Below are positions 47,356 to 56,901 of a stretch of DNA of 64,000 bases, one piece after another (position 1 is the stretch's first letter; every line of letters starts with the position of its first letter). The notes beneath the pieces were generated by a model. That model saw only the letters and a list, made by a program, of their open reading frames with translations. It did no database searches and was not told the DNA's origin. The stretch is from a bacterium UBP8_UBA817 (GTDB taxonomy: Bacteria; Margulisbacteria; Marinamargulisbacteria; SXXA01; SICP01). The translations under genes and the position numbers were made by a program. The stretch spans positions 13,298 to 77,297 of the forward strand of contig CAMDGG010000005.1 in assembly GCA_945898045.1 (NCBI GenBank). The letters run 5' to 3'.

Positions 47356-49576
47356 CACCCAACACAGCCAACCGATCTAAGTGCCCCGAAATGCGATATA
47401 AATACCCCCACGATTTTTCTTTTAATCTCGGTTGTTCATGAAACACATCCAAAAAGCGCATCGCAATATCCTGTAGTCCAGCTACCGTCGTAACGCCATC
47501 CCCAACATGAGATAAACCTTCTAATGCATCTGAAGCAACATCCCATTCTGAAGCACCTAACAAAGGCGACAACACCTCTTTGGCATGAGAAGCATCAGAC
47601 AAAATAAGCGTACGTATCGCGCGACGTCTCGCATTCACATCTAAGCCAGAAACTGCCTCTACTTCAAATTCTTCTACAACTCTATCTACCTGAAAAAACT
47701 CTATTTCCAAAGAAGGCGAAAAGGAAAATTTCTCGAAGACAGTTTGAAACTGTGGCCTATCCAAAGCCGCTCCAAACAACGACGCAACCGCAGAAATCAC
47801 AGACAGTGACGCGCCAGACAGAACACTCTGACATAACCGGTTTCGCACATCCCAATCGCCCGTTTCTTCATACAAAACGTCTCTCAAAAACCCAACAATA
47901 GATCGTCCATATAACCCAGACAATACACAAATTGCCGCATACGAAACCTCGATAACAGGATCCAAAACCTGACGAAACAACAACGCCTCTATTGCAGGCT
48001 CACGCGTCGCGGTACGCAACACACGTAAAGCCAAAATCCGAACCCCCGCATCCTCAGAAGATAAAAAAGAAACAATACGATGCGCCTGATCCCCAATCCC
48101 AATTTGTTCCAAAACCCACAACGCCATACGCTGTCTACGTCCTTCCAAACGCTCTAACAACGTCAATAAAGTAGCACGAATTTCAGAGTCAGCGCACGAC
48201 GAAAGGGCAAGCCCAGAAGCCACAGACACAGGCAAGACCCGATCTTCTAACAACCCACACAAACGAATCGTCGCATCAGTGTTCGCAACAGAAAAGTAAT
48301 TCCGAAAAGACCAAGCAGCTACACACCGAATAGCGTCATCATCAGACAAACAAGCACGTTCTAAAGCCGGCAACGCCAGGTCGCCCAGACGTCCCAAAAG
48401 GCTTAAAAAATGTACCTGCTCAGAAAGAGGGCCCTTACCTTCCGCAAAAGAAACCAACGTCGCTACAAACCCCTTTGCCCAATCAGGCCAGTCATTATCC
48501 GTAGCTAATAACAACCGCCATTCAGAAAATACCAGTCCCGATACAAACCATTCCCGATGCAATACATCCGAAAAACCACCCTTTAAACGAGAAAGCTTTT
48601 GCACTAATTGCGCACCGTCCTCAACAGATAAAGACCCCACCAAGAAACTCAAAAAGACATCCCAATATTTCAAGCCCACTCTTGATGAAATAAACTCCCA
48701 AGACAAGCCACTGGCAACCACACCATAAAACACCCAATACACATGAGAAAAACGATACATACCGTCCCAAACAAACTGAACGATGCCCTGAGAAATAAGC
48801 GCTTCCACCAACTCTTGCTCACCCTCTTGTATAGAAAAAAAGAAACGGTCTTCTTCAACCATGCCCAAAGCATCTTGAAAAACGCGACTAGCAAGTGCAA
48901 AAAAACCAGACTGCTCAGACGATAAATTCGCAGCAAAAAAACGATCTATAATCTGAAATCGCGTTTCGTGACTACCTTCTACAAATCCCAAACGGTAATA
49001 CAAGGCAACAAAAAAAACATCGTCGCGAATCCAAGGGGGTACCTGCAAACAAGATCTAAAAAAGACCGGCGAAACCACCTCTCGAAGATCCGCGCTAGAA
49101 AAAGGAGCCAATTGATACACTTTCACATCCGAAGATACCGTCAAAACCGACACCTCATCCGAAGCAAGTCGGCAATACGGCACCCCCAACGCATCCAATT
49201 CTGCCTGAAAACGCCCCTGCCCTCCATAAGCAATAACATAGGCCCCTTCGGCAACCAAAACAGAACTTAGATCGTGCGCGAGACAATACGCATACCAATC
49301 CAAATCCAAAACAACCGCATCTGGAAATTGGGCTCGAAGAGACGTTAAAACAGCAGGAACAGCACCCAAAGGGGTCATCACAATGACACGAGATGCATAC
49401 GTCAAAACAGAAAAAAGTAAGGGCGCGGTCGTCTCATGCACATGTCCCGAGACATCCAAAATAGACTCTACTGACAAACCCTCCTGAGACACTTTTTCCA
49501 CTGACAACGTCGGCCACATAAACGCAGAAACAAAAGGATGTACCCTAAAAGACAAGCGAGAAAAGAAAGCGTTCAT
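47348..49576 (-). CDS. HEAT/PBS-lyase-like repeat protein
   Basis: 742 aa. The C-terminal half carries repeated D..(V/I)R..A...L helical units (for example DDDAIRCVAAWSF, SEDAGVRILALRVL). The N-terminal domain is unassigned. Confidence 0.6.
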   Translation of the reverse strand: MNAFFSRLSFRVHPFVSAFMWPTLSVEKVSQEGLSVESILDVSGHVHETTAPLLFSVLTYASRVIVMTPLGAVPAVLTSLRAQFPDAVVLDLDWYAYCLAHDLSSVLVAEGAYVIAYGGQGRFQAELDALGVPYCRLASDEVSVLTVSSDVKVYQLAPFSSADLREVVSPVFFRSCLQVPPWIRDDVFFVALYYRLGFVEGSHETRFQIIDRFFAANLSSEQSGFFALASRVFQDALGMVEEDRFFFSIQEGEQELVEALISQGIVQFVWDGMYRFSHVYWVFYGVVASGLSWEFISSRVGLKYWDVFLSFLVGSLSVEDGAQLVQKLSRLKGGFSDVLHREWFVSGLVFSEWRLLLATDNDWPDWAKGFVATLVSFAEGKGPLSEQVHFLSLLGRLGDLALPALERACLSDDDAIRCVAAWSFRNYFSVANTDATIRLCGLLEDRVLPVSVASGLALSSCADSEIRATLLTLLERLEGRRQRMALWVLEQIGIGDQAHRIVSFLSSEDAGVRILALRVLRTATREPAIEALLFRQVLDPVIEVSYAAICVLSGLYGRSIVGFLRDVLYEETGDWDVRNRLCQSVLSGASLSVISAVASLFGAALDRPQFQTVFEKFSFSPSLEIEFFQVDRVVEEFEVEAVSGLDVNARRRAIRTLILSDASHAKEVLSPLLGASEWDVASDALEGLSHVGDGVTTVAGLQDIAMRFLDVFHEQPRLKEKSWGYLYRISGHLDRLAVLGVS

Positions 49577-49621
49577 CCCTCCATTGTACTAATCAAGCAC
49601 AAACGTTACCATACCAACTCT

Positions 49622-50776
49622 ATGCGAATCACCACCTTTGCAGCTACAAAAGACGACATCACAACGGCACTTTCATCAGGTGCTCATCACCTCATTTTAG
49701 AAGACCCCAAGCTCTCTATTAGATGCTATGCACCCAATACCAGTCCAGACTTCAATACGCTCTGCCAATTAGCAGACCACGCCAGACACATACAACCGAA
49801 TATAGAACTCAGTGTCAATTGTGACATCCTCGCTCACGAGCGACATCTCCCGCTACTAGAAACTTTTCTAGAAACGCTCCCCAAAGCAGGACTCAGTACC
49901 ATTAGAATCCAAGATCCAGGACTACACCCCCTTATCAAAAGCAGACTCCCCAAAGCCACTCTGCATCTAGCCACAGAAACAGGCAATCAAAATCTAGAAA
50001 GTATTCAATACTACGCAAATTTATTCGCAAGACAAACCCTCTCAAACGAACTCCCCTCATCAGAAATTAAAAAAATTAAGAGCCCCACCGAAATCCAAGT
50101 TCAGGGCCCCATTCTTATCCAATATTCCACACGCCGCTTCATGGCAGGCCATTACAACACTGAAAGCGCATCAAGAAAACTCGCCCAAGCACACGAATAT
50201 CCAGGCCGCTCTTTCATCTTTTACGACAATCCACATGGCCACTTCATGTATCTCTATTTCGACAAATGCCTCCTCAAATCGATTCCAGACTTACGCGCAC
50301 TCAACCTAGAAAGTTGGCTCATCGACGCCAGAGGCGAATCCCAAGACTATCTTCAAAATAGTATCCAATACTACAAAACCGCCTACGAAAATCCAGACAC
50401 ATGGCAAGCCACCCAAGCTATTGAAATGCTAGAGTCACTGTCTGGCCGCCCTCAAAAACCGGGCTTCTTTAAAGTCAATAAAACAGATCAACAACGCCGC
50501 AAACTTACACTTCCCGAAAACGACATACACGTTGGCACTGTAATCGATACGATTAATGGAAAAAATATCACGCTAGAGGTTCATCATCCGTTCACAGTCA
50601 AAACACAACTAGACATCATCTCTCCAGAAGGAAAAACAAGACCTACAAACATCACCACCCTGCAAACCCTCTGGGGAGACGATTTAAACGAAGCCATTCC
50701 GGGCACCCTCGTCCAACTCAATTGGCAAAAAGGCGCCCAAGTAAAAAGTAAGTTAATTACCCAAAAAAGTTCTTGA
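49622..50776 (+). CDS. divergent U32-like protein lacking the Fe-S cysteine cluster
   Basis: The N-terminus FAATKDDITTALSSGAHHLIL parallels the U32 pattern APAG..E.L.AAI..GADAVY. The cysteine region is replaced by IQYSTRRFMAGHYNTES. The start is uncertain: the track ATG at 49538 overlaps the HEAT gene. Confidence 0.45.
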   Translation: MRITTFAATKDDITTALSSGAHHLILEDPKLSIRCYAPNTSPDFNTLCQLADHARHIQPNIELSVNCDILAHERHLPLLETFLETLPKAGLSTIRIQDPGLHPLIKSRLPKATLHLATETGNQNLESIQYYANLFARQTLSNELPSSEIKKIKSPTEIQVQGPILIQYSTRRFMAGHYNTESASRKLAQAHEYPGRSFIFYDNPHGHFMYLYFDKCLLKSIPDLRALNLESWLIDARGESQDYLQNSIQYYKTAYENPDTWQATQAIEMLESLSGRPQKPGFFKVNKTDQQRRKLTLPENDIHVGTVIDTINGKNITLEVHHPFTVKTQLDIISPEGKTRPTNITTLQTLWGDDLNEAIPGTLVQLNWQKGAQVKSKLITQKSS

Positions 50777-51158
50777 TTTCCCGCTGACCACTTTCCACGC
50801 TATCAGATGCATGAATAATGTTATATGCCGTCGTCAAAGCAAAATCCCCACGAATCGTACCCGCATCTGCCTCAGCAGAATTAGTAGCACCCACCATCTT
50901 GCGAATCGCTCCAATTGCATTTTCGCCTTCTAGAACCATCACAACTACCGGCCCTGACATGACATAAGATTTTAATTCAGGATAAAAAGAACGTGCTACA
51001 TGCTCCGCATAATGTCCATCCACCAACGATTCTGTCAACATCTGCATCTCTAACTTCAAAAGGGTTAGACCCCGTTTCTCAAACCGACTCAAAACCTCTC
51101 CAACCAACCCACGCAACACACCATCTGGCTTAATAAAAACTAACGATTGCTCAATCAT
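50757..51158 (-). CDS. ndk: nucleoside diphosphate kinase
   Basis: Motifs FIKPDG and NIIHASDS. 133 aa. Confidence 0.9.
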   Translation of the reverse strand: MIEQSLVFIKPDGVLRGLVGEVLSRFEKRGLTLLKLEMQMLTESLVDGHYAEHVARSFYPELKSYVMSGPVVVMVLEGENAIGAIRKMVGATNSAEADAGTIRGDFALTTAYNIIHASDSVESGQREIKNFFG

Positions 51159-51181
51159 AACGAACTCCTTTATTGAAAAAA

Positions 51182-51520
51182 CTAATTTGAAATTAAAACC
51201 GATAATTTTGCCACTACGTCCATCAAAATAACAGGATCTACTTTAGATTTAAAAACAGCACCTCTAGCTTTCCAATCCAAACTTTTTATCTGGTCCGACA
51301 AAACAACAGAGGGATATCGACCCGATGAGATCAGCACTTCAAAGGGATAATTCTTTATTTTCGATGTCATCGGACAAATCAAACATAAAGAGGTTCTATC
51401 GTTATAACTTTTGGGAGAAAGAACCAAAGCTGGCCGACGATTAGCCTGTTCATGACCTAATTGAGGATTGAACTCAATCCAAACAATATCACCTCTATCA
51501 GGAACATAAAACCTCTTCAT
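51182..51520 (-). CDS. mazF: MazF/PemK-family endoribonuclease toxin
   Basis: PDRGDIVWIEFNPQLGHEQANRRPALVLS. Confidence 0.85.
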   Translation of the reverse strand: MKRFYVPDRGDIVWIEFNPQLGHEQANRRPALVLSPKSYNDRTSLCLICPMTSKIKNYPFEVLISSGRYPSVVLSDQIKSLDWKARGAVFKSKVDPVILMDVVAKLSVLISN

Positions 51521-51762
51521 TCAACCCTCTCACAACCTACTTCGTTTCCAAAAGAAATTTCTGCATGTAGATTCTCAGGTGTAATTTGCGAAAGAAGCCC
51601 TTCCAACGTATACCCTACTTTAGGACGCAAAACGAGACTATGATTTTCAACACTCAATTCAGCTACACTGCCCTGAGAAAGATGCAATTCTTCAACAACA
51701 GATCTAGGAACGCGAAACGACAAACTATTACCAATACGCACTAACTTAACATCTAAAGCCAT
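51517..51762 (-). CDS. mazE: AbrB/MazE/SpoVT-type antitoxin
   Basis: VRIGNSLSFRVPRSVVEEL. ATGA overlap with mazF. GAGGAG sits upstream. Confidence 0.7.
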   Translation of the reverse strand: MALDVKLVRIGNSLSFRVPRSVVEELHLSQGSVAELSVENHSLVLRPKVGYTLEGLLSQITPENLHAEISFGNEVGCERVE

Positions 51763-51782
51763 AAGCAGCCCTCCTCAAAAGG

Positions 51783-51797
51783 ATATACAAAGTATAT
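51783..51797. promoter_or_regulatory. short palindrome ATATAC-AAA-GTATAT upstream of mazE (candidate operator)
   Basis: Read directly, about 20 nt upstream of the mazE ATG. It is short and AT-rich, so chance occurrence is plausible. Confidence 0.3.
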
Positions 51798-51815
51798 ACA
51801 TCAAAAAAGAAATTT

Positions 51816-53195
51816 TCAAACCAAAAGTTTTTTCACCCGATCCAACTGCTCCCGAACCCGCACAAGTGACGTTCCACCATACACAGATTTAGCATCCAAT
51901 GCAGCCTGCACGGTTAAACACGCAAACACGTCTGATTCTATACGCTCATCAAACGCCTGAAACTCTTCGAGAGTTAAAGATTCCAACATCTTTTTTTGCT
52001 CGATTGCAGACAAGACAACCGCGCCCGTAATCTCATGTGCTTCACGAAACGGCAGGCCTTTTTTGACCAAATAATCCGCCAATTCTGTTGCCAAGCAATA
52101 TCCATTTGCAAGCGCACGATCAATAGCCACCTGATTAAATTTCACCGTCGGCATCATACCCGCAAAAACTTCGAGGGTAGATGCAAGCGTATCGGCCGAA
52201 TCAAACAACAAACCTTTGTCTTCTTGCAAATCCCTGTTATACGTTAGCGGCAAAGCTTTGATCACATGCGTCAACGCCACCAGATTCCCTAAAACACGAC
52301 CTGCTTTTCCGCGTGCCAATTCCGCAATATCCGGATTCTTTTTCTGAGGCATAATCGAGCTACCCGTTGTATACGTATCGCCAATTTCTACAATAGCGGT
52401 CAACGGAGAACTCCACAAAATAAGTTCTTCACTGAGGCGGCTAATATGGGTCATACAAATCGACGCAGCGGATAGAAACTCCATCATAAAATCACGATCC
52501 GAAACCGCATCCATGCTATTGGTACTCAACTTAGAAAAGCCCAATTCGTCCGCAATAAACTGACGGTCCAACCCATAATTATTTCCGGCCAAAGCACCCG
52601 ATCCCAACGGACACACATCCGCCGAAACCCGCACCGCTTCAAAGCGCGTTTGATCCCGCAACAACTGCTCTACATACACCAATAAATGATGCGATAACAA
52701 CACAGGCTGCGCAGTTTGCAAATGCGTAAATCCTGGAAACGGAACCCCCAAATGCGCTTCTGCTAAATCCACAAAAACCCCAATCAACGTCTTCAACAAA
52801 AACAAAATTTCTTCGCATTCATCCATCACATACAACCGCACATCCGTAATCACCTGATCGTTACGTGATTTGCCCGTATGCAACCGTTTCCCAAGCTCGC
52901 CCAACTCTTCTGTCACCAAGCGTTCGATGCGACTATGAATATCTTCGTCGTCATGATCCCCACCCGGAATTTCTTCCACATCTTCAAACTGTGCAATTAA
53001 AAGCTCCAAAAAATCAGACACTTTCAAATACTCAGCTTCAGAAAAAATACCCGCTTTTTCAAGTGCCCCAGCATGCGCCAAATTCACTTTTAAATCATAT
53101 ACAGCCAAGCGAATATCCACCCACAACGAATAACTATACTCACGTGCAACCGGATCTAGCCCTTCACGAAAGCGGCCACCCCATAATTTCTTCAT
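51816..53195 (-). CDS. argH: argininosuccinate lyase
   Basis: [10 protein letters not shown]-terminus and the lyase signature [12 protein letters not shown]. Confidence 0.92.
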   Translation of the reverse strand: MKKLWGGRFREGLDPVAREYSYSLWVDIRLAVYDLKVNLAHAGALEKAGIFSEAEYLKVSDFLELLIAQFEDVEEIPGGDHDDEDIHSRIERLVTEELGELGKRLHTGKSRNDQVITDVRLYVMDECEEILFLLKTLIGVFVDLAEAHLGVPFPGFTHLQTAQPVLLSHHLLVYVEQLLRDQTRFEAVRVSADVCPLGSGALAGNNYGLDRQFIADELGFSKLSTNSMDAVSDRDFMMEFLSAASICMTHISRLSEELILWSSPLTAIVEIGDTYTTGSSIMPQKKNPDIAELARGKAGRVLGNLVALTHVIKALPLTYNRDLQEDKGLLFDSADTLASTLEVFAGMMPTVKFNQVAIDRALANGYCLATELADYLVKKGLPFREAHEITGAVVLSAIEQKKMLESLTLEEFQAFDERIESDVFACLTVQAALDAKSVYGGTSLVRVREQLDRVKKLLV

Positions 53196-54406
53196 AACGC
53201 GCCCTTCCGGCTAACAATGCCTTTCACTTTCATAGGCAATCCGTAAATTCGGATAAAGCCAATCGCATCTTTTTGATCATAAAAATCTGTATCGGTAAAC
53301 GACGCCAAATCCTGTACATACAACGAATGAGGAGACGTCACACCCGCAGAAACCACATTCCCTTTATACAATTTAAGCCGCACAGATCCCGTTGTATTTA
53401 CATGCACCGCATCAAAAAAAGCATCCAAACTTTCCCGAAGCGGCGTAAACCAACGGCCATCATACACCACATCTGCATACGTAATCGCCAAACGATCTTT
53501 CTCACGCATCGAATCGCGATCCAAAACCAATTGTTCTAATTTTCGAATCGCTTCCACCAAAATCGTCCCGCCCGGCGTTTCATAAACCCCACGAGATTTT
53601 ATACCAACCAGGCGATTCTCAACCATATCCAATTGACCAATCGCGTGCTCAGCACCAATACGATTCAACGTTTCCACCAATTCAACAGCTCCCAATTTCT
53701 GGCCATTCACAGCAACAGGAATTCCCTTCACAAAATCAACGGTCACATACTCCGGACGATCCGATGCGGCCTCTAAAGTTTTAGACAACGTAAATACGTC
53801 GGCCTCTGCTTCCAAAGACGGGTCTTCCAAACTGCCACCTTCATGACTAATATGCCAAATATTACGGTCTTCAGAATAAATACGTTTCTTAGATTGAGAC
53901 ACCGGCACGTTATGCAACGCCGCATACTCCAAACACGCCTCACGAGACGTCAACGTCCACTTGACATCTTTCCATGGCGCCACGATCTGCAAGCTCGGAT
54001 CCAACGCCATAAACGTCAATTCAAACCGCACCTGGTCATTGCCTTTTCCAGTCGCCCCATGAGCGACCATGGTCGCGCCTTCTTTCTGCGCAATTTCCAC
54101 CTGACGTTTTGCAATCAAAGGACGACCAAAACTGGTCCCCAACAAATACTTCCGTTCAAAAATCGCACCCGCTTTCAAAGTCGGGAAAATAAAATCCGTA
54201 ATAAATTCTTCGCGCAAATCTTCAATATAAAGTTTAGAAGCGCCGGTCTTCAACGCCTTCTCTTCTAGCCCAGACAATTCATCCGCCTGTCCCAAATCCG
54301 CACACATCGCAACAACTTCACAATCATAATGTTCCTTCAACCACGGAATCATCACGGACGTATCCAACCCACCCGAATACGCTAAAACAACTTTTGGCTT
54401 AGCCAT
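53192..54406 (-). CDS. argG: argininosuccinate synthase
   Basis: AYSGGLDTS. Start refined to [13 protein letters not shown], with AGGAGG upstream. The track extension to 54460 overlaps the ATPase gene. Confidence 0.92.
   Translation of the reverse strand: MAKPKVVLAYSGGLDTSVMIPWLKEHYDCEVVAMCADLGQADELSGLEEKALKTGASKLYIEDLREEFITDFIFPTLKAGAIFERKYLLGTSFGRPLIAKRQVEIAQKEGATMVAHGATGKGNDQVRFELTFMALDPSLQIVAPWKDVKWTLTSREACLEYAALHNVPVSQSKKRIYSEDRNIWHISHEGGSLEDPSLEAEADVFTLSKTLEAASDRPEYVTVDFVKGIPVAVNGQKLGAVELVETLNRIGAEHAIGQLDMVENRLVGIKSRGVYETPGGTILVEAIRKLEQLVLDRDSMREKDRLAITYADVVYDGRWFTPLRESLDAFFDAVHVNTTGSVRLKLYKGNVVSAGVTSPHSLYVQDLASFTDTDFYDQKDAIGFIRIYGLPMKVKGIVSRKGAL
54384..54406. repeat. 23-bp direct repeat, copy 1 (functional argG start: ATGGCTAAGCCAAAAGTTGTTTT on the minus strand)
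   Basis: Exact match to 55814-55836, read directly. Confidence 0.9.
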
Positions 54407-55715
54407 TACAAAATTCCTCCTGCCATTGTTCGAATGGCTTAACAACAATACGAATCCCATCCATTACAAATTCATCCCACTCATTCAGCGTTACAATAGT
54501 TCCTGATTTTAATTTAAAGTATTTACAGGCCTGTATTAATCCCGCAATTTCTCTATTTTTTGCATCAGGATCTTTTAAAGTAATTGAAACTTGCAGAGCA
54601 CCCTTCACTTTCCATCTGTCCAAGACCAAAAAGTCACATTCAATCTTGTCCTTATAAAATAGAATTTCATCACTTTTCTTTATTCTTCTCAAGTGTAAAA
54701 AAACAGCCTGCTCTAATTTTTGGCCCAAATTCTCCTGCGTCTGCATCGCAGACAACAATCCATTATCAATAAAATAAACCTTTCTTTCACCAATCTTACG
54801 CAAAAGAGGCTTCTCATGATATTTATCTAAAGTTTGAATTAAGTACGCATCCGAACAATACTCAACCCATGCGTATAAACTTGTGTTAGATATAGAGATA
54901 TTAGAAGATTTCAAAGTTTTAAAAATTTTATTGACTGAAAAAGCCTTCGCTGCCGATAACACCAATTGCCTTAAGAGAAGTCTCAATAAATTACTCTCAT
55001 TAATCTGATATCGTTCGACAACATCTCTATACATCATTACCCTAAAGTATTCTTGCAACAACGTAATTTTTATCTGCTTATTTTCTGATTTGATAACTTC
55101 GGGAAAGCCCCCAAACTCCAAATAATCACGAATACCCACTTCATAAGGCACTTTACGATTGGTTATTTTTTGTCTCAAAACTTTGTATTCTTCAAATGAA
55201 AACGGAAATACTTCCTGGCTTAAAGTTCGCCCTCGTAAACTCGTCGCAATCTCACTACTAAGCGCCTTTGCATTTGAGCCAGTCAAAAAAATATTTTGTG
55301 TAACCGAATCATATAGACGCCTAACAAATTTATCCCAATGTGGCGCATTTTGAATTTCATCAAAGAAAAAATAACAGGTATGAAGCGGCGCAACAGAAAT
55401 CCCTTGAAACGCTTTTAACAAGAGATCTAAGTCTACAGCCTTTAAATCAGCCAGCCGCTCATCCTCAAAATTAATAAATAAAATTCTATCTATAGAGACT
55501 TTATTTTTTTTTCTAGTGAGTAAAGCATCCACTGTTTGAAGCAACAAAGTGGTCTTACCACTTCTTCTCGGACCTATGAGAGAAATGATTTTCTGAGAAT
55601 CAATCAGAATCTCACTGTTTTTTCTAGGAATGGATACTGGGCCAACAAAATGTGCAAGCCTATCCATAGACTCCAACAAGATTTCCCTAAATACGGTGTA
55701 CATCATTACTTGCAT
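54399..55715 (-). CDS. COG1373-type AAA ATPase with a DUF4143-like C-terminus (second copy, a different subfamily from 37781)
   Basis: Walker [10 protein letters not shown], Walker B FFFDEIQ, 438 aa. Its stop codon lies inside repeat copy 1. Confidence 0.8.
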   Translation of the reverse strand: MQVMMYTVFREILLESMDRLAHFVGPVSIPRKNSEILIDSQKIISLIGPRRSGKTTLLLQTVDALLTRKKNKVSIDRILFINFEDERLADLKAVDLDLLLKAFQGISVAPLHTCYFFFDEIQNAPHWDKFVRRLYDSVTQNIFLTGSNAKALSSEIATSLRGRTLSQEVFPFSFEEYKVLRQKITNRKVPYEVGIRDYLEFGGFPEVIKSENKQIKITLLQEYFRVMMYRDVVERYQINESNLLRLLLRQLVLSAAKAFSVNKIFKTLKSSNISISNTSLYAWVEYCSDAYLIQTLDKYHEKPLLRKIGERKVYFIDNGLLSAMQTQENLGQKLEQAVFLHLRRIKKSDEILFYKDKIECDFLVLDRWKVKGALQVSITLKDPDAKNREIAGLIQACKYFKLKSGTIVTLNEWDEFVMDGIRIVVKPFEQWQEEFCNG

Positions 55716-55722
55716 AAAAGCT

Positions 55723-55750
55723 ATTCTACTAGAATATTTACTTTTATCAA
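55723..55750 (-). promoter_or_regulatory. sigma70-like promoter TTGATA-16-TAGAAT ending 7 nt upstream of the ATPase ATG (leaderless-type)
   Basis: The minus strand reads TTGATAAAAGTAAATATTCTAGTAGAATAGCTTTTATG. Confidence 0.35.
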
Positions 55751-55778
55751 CAAAATAAAATGAAAATATTTACTTTTA
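55733..55778. repeat. two perfect 14-bp direct repeats AATATTTACTTTTA (55733-55746 and 55765-55778) over and upstream of the ATPase promoter
   Basis: Read directly. 32-bp periodicity. Confidence 0.8.
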
Positions 55779-55813
55779 AAAAGCAAATAAAATCAAAAAT
55801 AACACACGCCCCC

Positions 55814-55836
55814 AAAACAACTTTTGGCTTAGCCAT
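55814..55836. repeat. 23-bp direct repeat, copy 2 (relic argG start, followed by a 29-codon dead-end ORF at 55747-55836)
   Basis: Exact match to 54384-54406. The minus strand reads AGGAAGTCTTTTTTTATGGCTAAGCCAAAAGTTGTTTTGGGGGCG... Confidence 0.9.
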
Positions 55837-55929
55837 AAAAAAAGACTTCCTGAAAATTCACAATTATAAAAGCCAACAGTGTAGCATTTGAGTAGGGAAC
55901 GAGAGAAGTGAAGCAGCTACAAAAAACTA

Positions 55930-56901
55930 CTAAAAAAAACCCTGTTGATCATTAACCCAGCCTGGAGTATTGGAAGGATAAGCCATTGCCTCTCCTAATG
56001 TCATTTTTCTGTCCGTATTTGGGGATACTCGAAGACTGTCACAAACAATTCGTAATTGTCCTTTAAATTTAGAGTGGCCAAAAAACAGCCAGAAATTATT
56101 TTTTAAAATTTGATCCAAAATTACAGAAACTTTTATCTCTTTTTTAAATGTTGTCAAAGAAGAAATGACATCATCTTCAAGTGATTTCTTATTGTTTCCT
56201 GAAGAATTAAAAGCCTTCTTAATCGCAGGAACTATTGACGGCTTAAAGGTCTCCCAATCGCGAGAATCTTTTAAAAAAGACACACCTAATGGTTTGGGGA
56301 GAACCTCGGAACCATCATTATTCATATTACAAGAATTATCGCTAGCAAAACTAAGATCTACATCGTCTCTATACCTCGGTGAAGCAGGAGAAACATGAGA
56401 AGCAGGAGAAGCAAGAGAAGCAGACAAAGGACTGAAAAAAGGTAACGGCAGCCCAATGAAAGAAACAGAAGCAGAATCATATTCATATATATTTTCATTA
56501 AGAACCGGAGTAGGAACACAGCCAGAATCGGTTATATTTGGATTTTTCATAGCAGAAAACTTTTCAATCAGCATACCAAATTCAGAAGAATTTTCTTGAG
56601 CCTTAATATTATCCACAAATAGTTTCACCCACTTACTAAAATCATCTGCAGTTTGAGTATAATTTTTCAGAATCGCAATTTGACGCGAAAGACCAATACA
56701 TTTCAAATCACTTAAAACAAAAAAAACAAAAACTTTTGCTGAAGGTAATGCAAACTCTGTAAGAATAAGATTAACTAGTAACACAGTTCGGTCACAGTAA
56801 AGACCAGGTATTAATTCATCAAGCAATTTTTGAATATCATCGGGTATAACAGAATTATTTTTAGATAAACCCGCGACAATTTTAAACATCATTTTCTTCA
56901 T
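55930..56901 (-). CDS. hypothetical protein, orphan family member P1
   Basis: Start refined to the ATG at MKKMMFKIVAGL, which aligns with the P2 N-terminus MGKIFFKVVAIN. Central S/P-rich linker. C-terminal ILKNNFWLFFGHSKFKGQL. Confidence 0.5.
   Translation of the reverse strand: MKKMMFKIVAGLSKNNSVIPDDIQKLLDELIPGLYCDRTVLLVNLILTEFALPSAKVFVFFVLSDLKCIGLSRQIAILKNYTQTADDFSKWVKLFVDNIKAQENSSEFGMLIEKFSAMKNPNITDSGCVPTPVLNENIYEYDSASVSFIGLPLPFFSPLSASLASPASHVSPASPRYRDDVDLSFASDNSCNMNNDGSEVLPKPLGVSFLKDSRDWETFKPSIVPAIKKAFNSSGNNKKSLEDDVISSLTTFKKEIKVSVILDQILKNNFWLFFGHSKFKGQLRIVCDSLRVSPNTDRKMTLGEAMAYPSNTPGWVNDQQGFF

Larger units (their letters stand above)
54407..55813 (-). mobile_element. putative single-gene insertion cassette (COG1373 ATPase plus its own promoter) bounded by the 23-bp direct repeats
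   Basis: Bounded by a duplicated argG 5' end. AT-richer than the arg genes. Carries its own TTGATA-16-TAGAAT. No recombinase or terminal inverted repeats were seen, so the mechanism is unknown. Confidence 0.4.

Noticed and set aside
54407-54460. 18-codon N-terminal extension of argG in the ORF track; similar extensions on ccsA (31760-31858), ccsB (32713-32817), nfu, sufU and the MNT gene
   Set aside because: The extensions overlap the upstream genes. The canonical protein N-termini begin at internal ATGs that have Shine-Dalgarno sites or ATGA/TAATG coupling.
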